36,848 nt of DNA from Octopus bimaculoides (GCF_001194135.2 NC_068988.1:84320481-84357328), one strand, 5' to 3'. Positions 1 through 11,269 are shown, counted from the first letter of the stretch. The notes: a model not told the origin generated them from the letters alone. Program-made: numbers and translations.

Positions 1-39
<39 letters not shown>

Positions 40-954
40 ATTGCTGTGAGGTTAATATACTAGGTTATTGGATCACTCAAGTCATGAGTTCAGTTCCTTG
101 ATACTTCAGTTTGCTAAGACTGGAAGGTGTCCTCACACTGGAGACTTGGCCTTGAATGCTTGCAACAGAGTAGACTCTGATAAGGATAACACTGGTGTCA
201 TGGCACGATTTGAACTTTGAAACTAAAAGATTGGAATATAAGATGTCCAGTCCAACATTCTTACACTTCTGCCATTCCATTATCTTGGATTGGCACTTTA
301 TTATTTTTTTTAACCTGGAAGGATAAAATTTTAAGCTGACTTTCATGGGATTTGAACTGAGAATGCAAAGAATTTGAATAGATTATGCAAAGCATTCTTT
401 CTTTCACTTGAACAGCTCTACCAATTCACTGTTTATAACATTAGTTATAACCAGACTTTATATCCAGCCCTATTCATGCTGACAGTCAGAAACCCTGTCA
501 GCATAACATTTTCTCTCCCTCACACATCTTTGTGTGTCATATGTATGTGTGCCTTATGTGTTTGTGTACATAACCTCAATTTTCAACTATGTCTTGTTTA
601 CCTATTTATATATTCATATATAAAGATTTCCATATGTCTTCATATAAATATGTCCATTATTAAATTTATTTTGACTGTTTCGCCTGACACCTTATTCAGC
701 CTGGTTGAGTAAGCTACCAAGTGAAACTTAAAAATCCCAGTCAAAATAAATTTTATTATTTAACTATACTTTCAGTATTGAGTCTCCACCATCAGTCACT
801 GTTCTGTTGTTATTCTTAAACTTGCTTCTAAAATAATAGACATAAATTCAAAACATTCATAAATTAACATTTATGAATATGTTCACTTATTTATATAAAT
901 TCTCATTTCTATATAAAAACTTCTGACCATCTCTCTCTCTCTTTCATATTTCAG

Positions 955-1016
955 TATTCAGCAATCATCAGGTAGTAACTACAGTAGAGGCAATGACCCT
1001 CTCACTCCTACAGAGC
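955..1016 (+). CDS. PTK2: Probable FAK linker exon (IQQSSGSNYSRGNDPLTPTE), upstream of the Y397 exon
   Basis: Pyrimidine tract ctctctctttcatatttcag, then an open frame, then a gtatgt donor at 1017. It ends in phase 1 (C), matching the GT start of the next exon to give CGT (Arg). The peptide is not recognisably conserved, so support is splice signals and phase only. Confidence 0.6.
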
Positions 1017-1049
1017 GTATGTACAACTTTGAGTATTACTCTATAGTAG

Positions 1050-1082
<33 letters not shown>

Positions 1083-1428
1083 GGTAGTATTTCACTCCAA
1101 ACTTGTCTGACTGATCATAAGTAAGGGTCAGTAGAAATTTCATTGTATAACAAACAGTGCAGTTGAAGCAACAGGAGTGTGGAGATGGAAATGTACAGAG
1201 TATTATATTGTATACCTAACTAACTTATGTTATGGATGGTGGTACATCTATGTTCAGAAGGAAGAATGTAGTTGATAACAAGGGAGTGTTGTTGTTGTGG
1301 TTCGTGGTGGAAGTACTACTACAGCTGATGTGAATGGTAGTGGTGATGGTAGTGGTGATGGAAGTATTGCTGCTGATGGTATGGGTGATGGTATAGTTGA
1401 TATTTGTAGTATGGTTGGTGATGATGAC

Positions 1429-3189
1429 GGTTGTGGTACTCTGCATCTTATCTTTGATTCATCCATTGTGCTATTGCTGATAGCTCCACAAGACAATGAC
1501 TTTGAAACCTCTACCTTGACGGTAACTCGAACTCCTATATATCACATAACTGACACTGACTCCAATTGAGAACTCATACAACGATTCTACTAGTACTGAC
1601 CTCCTACAACAACTGACTTTCTGACTTTATAGTGGCTGGTTCATACCACTTTGTCACATGGGAAGGGGTGTACCATTTTCACTACAACATCTCCCTTTTT
1701 AGTTTATTTTTTTCTTTGGGAAACAAGTAATTTTATTCACTCCTCCTTTTTTTTTTGTGTTTATTTGTAAGAACTCTGCGTTCCTTTTTTCTTCCTCTTG
1801 TACACGTGGGTTCAACTACCTGTAACAGTGTTAGTACCTGGAATGTGCTATATAGCCATTCCATTGTTTCTTCCAATCTATCTGGTTCATTTTCTATGAA
1901 TCTCTTCTTCAATTGGTTTCTGTGTCTTTTTTCAATATATTTTCTGCTTTTAATTCTGTACATCATTTTTCCTATGTACTTTGTAATTTTGCCTTCTTCC
2001 CAGTAGGTTTCCTTTTTTATATAACCTCATGTACACCTTATTTTGAAAAATTTTGGATTGTTTTTCCTAGTACTTTTTCTTTCCTCACCAGGTAACAGTT
2101 TATCAAAAACTGATTTCATCTTCCTCTCGAACATCAGTTCTGCTGGTGTATTGGGGTTTGATGTCACCCTGTATACCCTTAGGAGTTGCTGCAGAGTGAC
2201 TTTGTGGCTTCGATGTCACCCTGTATACCCTTAGGAGTTGCTGCAGAGTGACTTTGTGGCTTCTTTGCTTGCTTTTCTCAAATCTCTTTTAAAAGTGTCC
2301 ACAAAACACTCTGACTGTCCATTTGATCTGGGATGGTAAGGCATTATTGTTTTATGTTCTACCATGAACATTTTCAGAATTTCTAAAATTCAATGTAAGG
2401 TTACAGTATTTTTTGTGCTCTATCGTCACCAGTTTCCTCAGAATTAGACGTTTTCATTTCGTCCGTCCAGTCTTGGCATTCTTCTTCAATAATTTGGTCA
2501 AATCTTTGGTAATATGCCTCGAAAGTGATTCCTTCTTCCAAGTCATATTCAAATTCATTTATTGAATTTGCTACATGGTCTGGCAAAAACGTATTTTCCA
2601 GTTCTGTTACCAACTTCATTTGTTGTAGCATTTGTTGTTGTTCTTGTTTCCTTTGAGTTGTTGTTGCTGTTTTTGCAACTCAACTGAACCCTCTATCAAG
2701 TTTTCCATCATTTTACAGATTTTTCGTAAAATATATACAACAAAAATGTTTGTTACTCCTCTGTCAAGTTTTTAATTTCTCCATGAGAAAAATGTTTTGA
2801 CATCATCGGCATGAATTGTTTATTTTCTTGTGAAAAAGATTATTTTCAACGTTGTCCACATAATTTTTTATATCCTCGTCGCCACTGTTATAATGTGGAT
2901 CCTCGTCCACATGTATGTTGTTGTCAGTGTTGTAATATTCTTGTCGCCACTAATATGTTGTGGTGGTATTCCACGCCTTTGACTCATCAATCATGCTATC
3001 GTTGATAGCTCCACAAGACAATGACTTTGAAATATCTATCTTGACGGTAACTCAAACTTGTATATATATCGCATAACTGACACAACTCCAACTGAGAATT
3101 CATACAATGACTCTACTACTACTGACTTTATAGTGACTGATTCGTATCACTTTGTTATGTGGGAAGGGGTGTACCATTTTCACTACGGT
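1429..3189 (-). mobile_element. Internally deleted, decayed Ty3/gypsy LTR retrotransposon (probably Mag-like)
   Basis: Direct repeats at about 1429-1689 and 2956-3189 with TGTTGT...ACAACA-type termini. PPT AAAAAGGGAGA (1690-1700) directly precedes TG on the minus strand. PBS TGGCGACGAGGAT at 2872-2884. Gag-like FEYDLEEGITFEAYYQRF (2401-2631), integrase motif PYHPRSNGQSECFVDTFKR (about 2280-2345) and integrase C-terminal KRHRNQLKKR (1733-1966). Confidence 0.85.
2160..2263. repeat. Perfect 52-bp tandem duplication inside the integrase remnant
   Basis: gatgtcaccctgtatacccttaggagttgctgcagagtgactttgtggcttc at 2160-2211 and 2212-2263; it frameshifts the remnant. Confidence 0.95.
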
Positions 3190-3460
3190 GCTAGTATTGT
3201 TGATGTTGGTGATGGCACTAGTGGTTCATGATGGTAGTGCTTGTATTGTTGGGTGATGGTGCTGTTAGTGGTAATACAGTTGTTATGAGCATGCTGATGA
3301 TTGAGTTCATAATGTAGGTGGATGAGTAATATTGACAAATAGATGGTGACTGAATGAGTGGTAGTGATGATGATTATGTTGATCATAATGAGGAGTTGAG
3401 GGTGGCACTGGGCAGGTATGTTATTAACAAACTTCATAATTTCATTATGTTTACTTTCAG

Positions 3461-3517
3461 GTTTGTCAGATTATGCTGAAATTGTAGAAGAGGAAGGTGA
3501 CTACAGTATCCCAGATG
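3461..3517 (+). CDS. PTK2: FAK autophosphorylation-site exon (R)LSDYAEIVEEEGDYSIPD
   Basis: tttcag acceptor and gtgagt donor; 57 nt, phase 1-1. DYAEI matches the FAK Tyr397 Src-SH2 docking motif, and the later DY matches the Tyr407 region of human DDYAEIIDEEDTYTMP. Confidence 0.95.
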
Positions 3518-3845
3518 GTGAGTTCAGCTGTTAATTTTAGATGAAACTTCATCCTACACACACATACACACATATTTGCATACAGACACAACTTTTGCCC
3601 ACACATACATAAGTAATAATTGTCTCTGCCTGTATCCTGGCCACATGTTACATAATTCAGTGTGTCAATATAATATTCTCTAAATTGTGACAGCATGTAT
3701 GCATAACGTTATCTAATTTTTCTGAAGCATCCTACTATATGTATGTATGTCCTAAATATGGAATTGGTCTATTATGTATATATGGAAATTATATCTCTAT
3801 GGCTGTTGTTCATTTAACACATTTAATATTTTCAATAATTAATTT

Positions 3846-4015
3846 AGGAGGCGAGCTTGTAGAAGTGTTAGCATACCAGACAGAATGCTTAACAGCATTT
3901 CGTCCGTCTTAGCATTCTTAGTTCAAATTCTGCTGAAGTTGACTTTGCCCTTTATTCTTTCAGGGTCAATAAAATAAGTACCAGTTGATTAGTGGGGTTG
4001 AGTGGATTAGTGGGT
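3846..4015 (+). mobile_element. tRNA-derived SINE, family A (core gtcgactttgcctttcatcctttcggggtcgataaa..aagtaccag), decayed
   Basis: Similar by eye to the 14062-14273 copy. Further copies at about 13335-13545, 14715-14935, 26960-27115 and 28990-29190. Confidence 0.7.
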
Positions 4016-4436
4016 TGAGGGCAGTGAGATTGACATAGTCAGTGTTCAGCTTGAACAGCTGTAATTCAATATCTGCAGAAAAAAATATGTACAGAGACAG
4101 GATTCTCGTGGTTACTGCAGGACTTGCAAGACAAAGTTGATCTGTTGCAAATAGGAATGACAGTTTAGCAGGTGGGCTTCAGTGAAGATGATATGTAGTT
4201 AATGGAACAAAGGTTGGAATAGTAGCAATAGACTTGGTTGGAAGAAAATATAGTGCATCTTATCTGTAGATCAGAGGATGTAGTGTGTTGGTTCTGAGTA
4301 TAATACTAAATTTTCATTGTCTCAGTTCACCCAGTTGTGTGAAAAATGTGTCAGGTATTTTTGGTTGAAAGTACCCTAGAATGGGGATATATATCTCGCC
4401 TTGTCCTTAAGGATCCTTAAGCTTAATAAAAAGGGT

Positions 4437-4569
4437 TTAACTCTAAATACCAACCTGCCTGAGACTGTCCCTGGTTCATGATACACACATCCTGTTTTTA
4501 AAGTGTTCTAAATTAAAAACGTCCAATAAAATTTCATGTTAATCAGAAATATGATAACAAGAGGGTTAA
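4437..4569. mobile_element. piggyBac-like MITE flanked by TTAA; related inverted copy at about 30384-30515
   Basis: TTAA at 4437-4440 and 4566-4569 with an ...agaggg/ttaa terminus. The internal sequence matches the reverse complement of 30384-30515. Confidence 0.55.
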
Positions 4570-4689
4570 ATAATCCATGCAACTTGCAGTCATAAAATTA
4601 TTTCATCACCAACAAAATATTAGATAATTTACTTACTGATTGCTACTGTATTAATGTAACTTAATGATATTTTTATGTGTTTGTGTGCT

Positions 4690-4737
<48 letters not shown>

Positions 4738-5311
4738 AAAATATGCTGTTCCATGATTTGTCATGCAAATGAATAAAATCCAAAATGTTAAAATTCTTTA
4801 TNNNNNNNNNNNNNNNNNNNNNNNNNNNNNNNNNNNNNNNNNNNNNNNNNNNNNNNNNNNNNNNNNNNNNNNNNNNNNNNNNNNNNNNNNNNNNNNNNNN
4901 NNNNNNNNNNNNNNNNNNNNNNNNNNNNNNNNNNNNNNNNNNNNNNNNNNNNNNNNNNNNNNNNNNNNNNNNNNNNNNNNNNNNNNNNNNNNNNNNNNNN
5001 NNNNNNNNNNNNNNNNNNNNNNNNNNNNNNNNNNNNNNNNNNNNNNNNNNNNNNNNNNNNNNNNNNNNNNNNNNNNNNNNNNNNNNNNNNNNNNNNNNNN
5101 NNNNNNNNNNNNNNNNNNNNNNNNNNNNNNNNNNNNNNNNNNNNNNNNNNNNNNNNNNNNNNNNNNNNNNNNNNNNNNNNNNNNNNNNNNNNNNNNNNNN
5201 NNNNNNNNNNNNNNNNNNNNNNNNNNNNNNNNNNNNNNNNNNNNNNNNNNNNNNNNNNNNNNNNNNNNNNNNNNNNNNNNNNNNNNNNNNNNNNNNNNNN
5301 NNNNNNNNNNN

Positions 5312-5375
<64 letters not shown>

Positions 5376-5449
5376 AGAAACAAGAGAATAAGTACTCATA
5401 ACATGAACTAGAGTATATATGTGTTTGAATGTACACGTGACATATTGAG

Positions 5450-5586
5450 ATTTGTGAGGAAGGGCATCCATCCATAAAAACCATGCCAAAACAGACAGCC
5501 TGGTGCAGTTCTTTGGCTTGCCAGCTCCTGTCAAATCACCCAACCCATGCTAGCATAGAAGATAGATGTTAAATGATGATGATGGA
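5450..5586 (+). mobile_element. RTE LINE/SINE 3' tail fragment ending in (GAT)n
   Basis: aggaagggcatcca...ccaacccatgctagcat...gttaaatgatgatgat matches the tail at 34690-34832. Minus-strand tails also occur at about 6193-6410, 23937-24045, 25936-26125, 29552-29685, 29925-30160 and 34838-34945. Confidence 0.8.
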
Positions 5587-7132
5587 TAAAATCATCCTCC
5601 ACAAATTGTGGATTCTGTAAGTTGCAATGCAGGGTTATCCATCTGAGAGGACAATAATTCTGAATAAGAACTGATGCAAGGTGTAGTGGGACTTAAAGTC
5701 CTCTGTGTTTGCGATAACATTTTTCAGGCCTGTAGCATGATGAAATACACCCAGTTCATATTTTGGGCAGGTTGTTGCTGTGTGCAAGATAACCCAGACT
5801 GTGACAACTTGTTCAGACCATATCAGCATAGAAAATGGACAGATGATGATGGTGTGTCTCTTTGTGTTTGTCCCTCACCACTGCTTAACCGATGTTGATT
5901 TGTTTCCCTTCCCATAACTTAGTGGTTGATTTGGTCAACTAAGACCCTTCAGGGTTGTCTCAAGGTGGCCATAGTCCACTCACTGAAATGAGTTAGATAA
6001 AAAAATTATATATGTATTTGTATTTGCAAACCAGAGGACAAAGTACCCCGTACCAAAGTAAAGTATAACTATTGTGGTCCTCAGATGATTTTCTGTATTC
6101 CAACTTCAATGATTCTTTATTCTTCACATAACTTACATTATATATGTTCATGTGTGTGTGTATGTATATATAAGCCTATAACACACACACTACATCATCA
6201 TCATCATTGTTTTATTTCCGCTTTCCTTACAGTTAAGGGTTGGGTGGATCAGCAAAGTGCATGTCAGTTCTTATCCAGTTACCACTCAACTAGATGGAGC
6301 CAAAGAACCATATCTTGCTTGTGTTTCCTTTTTGGCGTGGTTTCTAAAGCTGGATGCCCTTCCTAAGACCAATCACTTTACAGAATGTAGTGGGTACATT
6401 TTTTCAAGGCACCAACTCTAGAGAGGTTGTCATGTCCTCAGTAAGACTAAAGGCTTCTTCTTAATGTCATAATTTACTGAGTAAGCTGGGCACATTTTTT
6501 CATGGCACCAGCATGAGAGTGGTTACTATGTCCTCAACAAGAATAAAGGCTCCTCTCACCTCCATGTCTCTGTTCACTCCCAAACGGCTTTACTGTGTAT
6601 CCTGAGTGCATTTATAGTGACACCAACACTAGTGGAATTGTCTTCTATCCTTTAAAACTAGAGAGTCCCCATCAGTGTGTTTGTTTTGTTCTCTCAAGGC
6701 TCCCTTTGTAACTGAGGAGCAGAACACGAGAACAACAATAATAAAAGAACAAGGAGGGGCAGGAAAGAGGAGCAAGAGTGTGATGGTAGAAACAGAATGA
6801 TAGTGATAAGAAGGTAGTAAAGGGGCTGAGAGAGTGAAGGATAATAAAAGTAGAGGATAAATGGTAACAGTGAATGATAGATGTTGATACCAGATAGCCT
6901 GGTAGGGTGCCAGGGAATATAGGGAAGATTGATAGTATGTGGAGTGCATGCAAATCTGATGTGATACTCCTTATACACAAAAACACTCACACATATATAC
7001 ACACACCAATGTGTAGTAAATATTTTGTTTACCTATGAAGTAAAATTCCTGAGCTTTACCATTGCCATGTCTTTGTGTTCAACCAAACTCTGTCTATTCT
7101 GTCTTCAACTGGATTCCTACTTGATATCTCAG

Positions 7133-7174
7133 GTGAAAATCTATGCGTTTCTCGCCGGAAGAAAGATACTAAGC
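7133..7174 (+). CDS. PTK2: Candidate alternative cassette exon of FAK, 42 nt, (G)ENLCVSRRKKDTK(P)
   Basis: Acceptor ...cctacttgatatctcag and strong donor gtgagt at 7175. Length is a multiple of 3, phase 1-1 as the flanking exons require, and there is no stop in that frame. No transcript evidence available. Confidence 0.6.
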
Positions 7175-7191
7175 GTGAGTTAATCGACTAA

Positions 7192-7729
7192 GCATGGTTT
7201 TCGTGCTTTTGTTCTTCAAGAATTTGGAGCTCTTTAAGCACTCACCGAAATTGGAATTTTACATTTGCCACACACTATTAGTATTGAATCTAGCATGTTC
7301 CATTTTGTTAGCATTTCCTGTTAAAGAAAGAATTAATAATAATAATAAATGATTAAAGTTACTAATCTAGTCACAAACCTACCTTTTGAGGCTTACAATC
7401 AGGTATATGCAAAAAAGAATAAAGAAAACAATGCATGGTATTGGAATTGTTATTTGAAACTAAATGTATAAGAAAAATGGAAAAAAAAAATCTGGTAAAT
7501 TCTTGATGCTGTAATTAAACTGCCATGTTATGAGAATGTAAGAAAAAGCATGTTTGATTTGAAACACATCTTACTAATATTAACTGCACACAATATACCT
7601 GCACATTGTGAAAATTAATATAAAATTGCTATTTGATGATAGTTAAGCATTAAGCAGACTATAGTTTGAGTTTAAACTGTGTGTATCTGAGTGTGTGTGA
7701 ATTTTTGTGTGTGTGTGTGTATATGCATG
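7192..7729 (+). promoter_or_regulatory. Cluster of RBFOX-type (T)GCATG motifs, plus two QKI-type ACTAAT motifs, downstream of the candidate cassette exon
   Basis: GCATG at 7192, 7293 and 7548; TGCATG at 7432 and 7724; ACTAAT at 7361 and 7573. Function is inferred. Confidence 0.45.
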
Positions 7730-9125
7730 CACCTGCGTGCATAAGCCTTGCATTACAGCTGATAATGAAATTAATATGCTTCCTGGTTTTGAAAATATGA
7801 CATAGCTACAGCACGTTATGAATCTTGGTAGTCCTTAAGTTTTTGATGCCAAGGCTAACCCTTGGGCAGCAAGCTAATTAATACATCTGGAGGATTAAGA
7901 GGAAAATGTTTCCCCATCAAATTTTATGACGCTTTTTAACAAGCACAATTTTTTTTAAAATTCATTCGACAGCCTAGAAAGAAATGTATATGTATCTCAT
8001 CTACAAGCAAGTTTGTGTTTCAGTAAGTGATAATAGGAGGACAGGGGAAAAGAGCAAATTTCACTCATCAAATGTAAGCAGTTTGATTTTATGTTGAAAA
8101 GAATTTTATAATTGTTTAGGTGTACTAGTTACCTACTTCTAAATTTTCTGTGAAAGACTAAACATCTACCTCGAAATCATTTTGATGTGTAACATAGCTT
8201 ACTGGACATGTTTAGGTTTTGTTTCAAAAACCTTGGTACTACCAATTGTAATTAATAAGGAATATATGGTACTCAGATGTCTTTGATATTTGTATTTCTT
8301 ATTGAAGTTTTTTTTTTTTTCTTTTTAACTGTTTCACATCCATTTTTCCATGTTACCATTGATAGGGTGGATTTTTTTCTTTTTTGTTTGCACAGCTTTT
8401 TTTTTCCATTGCAGCTGAGTGTTTTTCCCCAACCCCTTATAATGGACCATTCAAATATCAAGTAGTAGTGAAACTTGTTTGAGTTTGGTAAATTAGGCAA
8501 TCTGAGTCAAGCCTGTATTTTTAGTTAGCATTCTAATGTTCCTTGCATTAGGTATGTAGGCAGTATTGTTTTTCATGCAAATGGCATCTCTGAATTATTG
8601 TATTTCTAAATGGGTTTTTTTTTCATCCTACAACTAGCCTTTTACATTTGTGTAGTGTAGTGATTCTTTCATCACTAATTCACCAAATAGTGGGAACTTT
8701 GTTTTCCTGGTGAAGTCAGAATAATACTGAAATATGTACAGAGTTGTCAACCATACATCTCCGAAAATTTATAAAATGGAAATGATATTCTTCATTGATG
8801 AGTGTTTTTTTTTTCTCATCACATTTATTTCTAGCATTTTTAATAATATATTTAATGCATTAAACTTGAATTTACTGGTCAGAGTAATGCCCCAGAGACA
8901 CAACATAATGGATGTAGCTGCAATTTGAACTTATGGTCTTGAGGCTAGCAATCCAGCTCCTTTCACCTTCCATTCAGTGTTATATTGAATGCCATATTAG
9001 CTTTTGACTTCTTCAAAATAAGTAATCTAGGGGAATCAGTGTTAGCATATTTTGTACATGGAATCTTAGAAAATTAACTATACATAAATAGATTGTGAGA
9101 CACACTGATGCATTAGATAAATAGA

Positions 9126-9178
9126 TGGAGGGACTATAGATATAAGGATTAGACTGGAGGGACTATAGATATAAGGAT
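9126..9178. repeat. Short tandem duplication, period 29
   Basis: tggagggactatagatataaggat at 9126-9149 and 9155-9178. Confidence 0.9.
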
Positions 9179-9422
9179 AAGTTAGTGTTAACATTTAATT
9201 TGAAAATCGTTAAAAACCTAACTAGAAATAAATATGCAATGAAGGAAAAAACCATGAGTTAATGGCTAATATCTTCAATTTTTCCATAGGTATGGGGGAA
9301 GAAAGGTAACATTTCTTAACATGTTTGTCTTATTCTTATATTGTCAATGTAAGCATATCCTTCTCTCACAAAATCTGATTAAATAAAACAAGGTTACAAT
9401 TGGTATGTAAAAATGTGGGTGG

Positions 9423-10790
9423 TCGTCATCATCATCATCATCGTTTAAGATCCACTTTCCATGCTGTCATGGGTTGGATGGTTTGACTAAGGACTGAAAG
9501 CCAGGAGGCTGAACCAGGCTCCAATCTGTTCTGGCAAGGTTTCTACAGCTAGATGCCATTCTTAACGCCAACCACTCCAAGAGTGTGGTAGGTGCTTTTT
9601 ACATGTCACACTGACGCAGGAGCCAGTCAGGTGACACTGGCATTGACCACGCTTGAATGGTGCTTTTACATGCCACCAGTACTGGCATTGGCCACGCTTG
9701 AATGGTGCTTTTTACGTGCCAGCCTGGTGGCACTGGCATCGGCCACGATGATTTCACTTGACTCAACAGGTCTTCTCAAGCGCAGCATAACACCCAACGA
9801 TTGAAGGGTACTTTTAAACGGGTTGGTTATGCGACACTTGCATCAGCCACAGCTATAATCTCACTTGGCTTGCTGAGTCTTCTCAAGCACAGCATTTCGG
9901 TTGCTTGTCATTGCCTCCGTGAGGCCCAACATTCAAAGGTCGTGCTTCACCACCTCATCCCAGGTCTTCCTGGGTCTACCTCTTCAACAGGTTCCTTCCA
10001 CTGTTAGGGTGTGACACTTCTTCACACAGCTGTCCTCATTCATACACAACACATGACCATACCAGCACAGTCATCTCTGTTGCACACCACATCTGATGCT
10101 TCTTATGTCCAACTTTTCTCTCAGGGTGCTTCAGTGTATACACACTGGCATTACACATCCAGTGGAGCATACTAGCTTAATTTCTTTCAAGCCTGTGCAT
10201 GTCCTCAGCAGTCACAGCCCATGTTTCACTGCCGTGTAGCATGGCATATTTGCAAACATGCATCATACAGTTTACTTTTCACTCTGAGCGATAGGCCCTT
10301 TGTCGCCAGCAGAGGAAGGAACTCTCTGAACTTTTCTCAGGCTATTCCTTTAGCAGCTACGCTCTCGGAGCATCCACCCGTGCTACTGACTTGGTCACCT
10401 AGGTAACAGAAGCTATCAACTACTTCGTTTTTTGTCTTCTGGCATGTGATGGAATGTTTTCTGTATGTCTTTGGTATTTATTGTTGCCCCTCTGCATCTG
10501 CCACACACAAAAACTATCTTCCCGGTTAACCCTCCTTTGATATTGCTCCACCTTTTATGTGTCCATAGCTTACACCGGGTACATCTTAAGGAGTTTCTAC
10601 CTGAAGGGACTAGTGATTGTAGCAATCATGTTGGCCTTAGATACTGTCTGTTTTAGCACCATTACCTATTCTTTAAGTGCTTTTAGTAGGGTTCACTCTG
10701 TTGCAAGCCTTCAGACAAGCCCTCCAGCTCCACTTCAGTTTTCTTGTAGATGTTCAAACTGGACACCACCCCTCTCTTTCTTGCCAGTCT
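9423..10790 (-). mobile_element. 5'-truncated RTE-type LINE (late RT, PHD-like finger, 3' UTR, (GAT)n tail)
   Basis: Reverse complement of the 33300-34830 region. Minus-strand translation gives RNSLRCTRCKLWTHKRWSNIKGGLTGKIVFVCGRC and SFCYLGDQVS. The tail (CAT)n is at 9426-9440. The 5' boundary is uncertain. Confidence 0.9.
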
Positions 10791-11269
10791 GAGAGTGTGG
10801 CCTACAAAGGTCATGGACACTACTCTTCATCCTTTTACTATTTTATAGACAAGAAGAAAGGATTATAATGAGGATGGTGGTGATGGTTGTGGATGTTTGC
10901 ATTATGTTTCTTGAGTAAGACTCATAATACTTTGTTATAGTCTAGATATCTGACAGGTTCCACTCCTGAATCATACTTGAGTTATTAACAATTGAAAGAG
11001 GTAGACATATGTCTTACGCATGAAAAACATGACTACAGCAACAATGAAGTCAACAAAGCTGTGTTGTTCAAATCATTCTTGCACAGAAAAATTGGATGTA
11101 AAACTACTGTAGGAAAGAAAGATCTAGAATAATGTATAATAAGAGCAGGACAAAACTAAAGAAAAGAGGAGGTGGGGTGAACATGGTGGTGGCAGATTTG
11201 TTTGGTTTCATTTCTGTGGAGTTTTTCTGCAGCAGACAATTGGATGTTGATATAGTTCATTGAAAACTG

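Noticed and set aside
1225-1569. Thr/Ser/Pro- or Gly/Asp-rich ORFs, also at 3183-3437 and 6629-7002
   Set aside because: They are translations of GAT/GGT- or GA-rich low-complexity DNA and LTR sequence, with no splice or homology support.
4673-5543. Long ORFs across N-gaps, also at 21039-21388, 31467-31832 and 35175-36269
   Set aside because: These are artefacts of N runs and dinucleotide repeats.
8396-8487. Strong pyrimidine tracts with cacag/tgcag acceptors (8395, 8414) and a gtaaat donor (8488)
   Set aside because: Resulting exons of 92 or 73 nt do not preserve frame, and the 73-nt form has an in-frame stop. A poison exon cannot be excluded, but nothing supports it.
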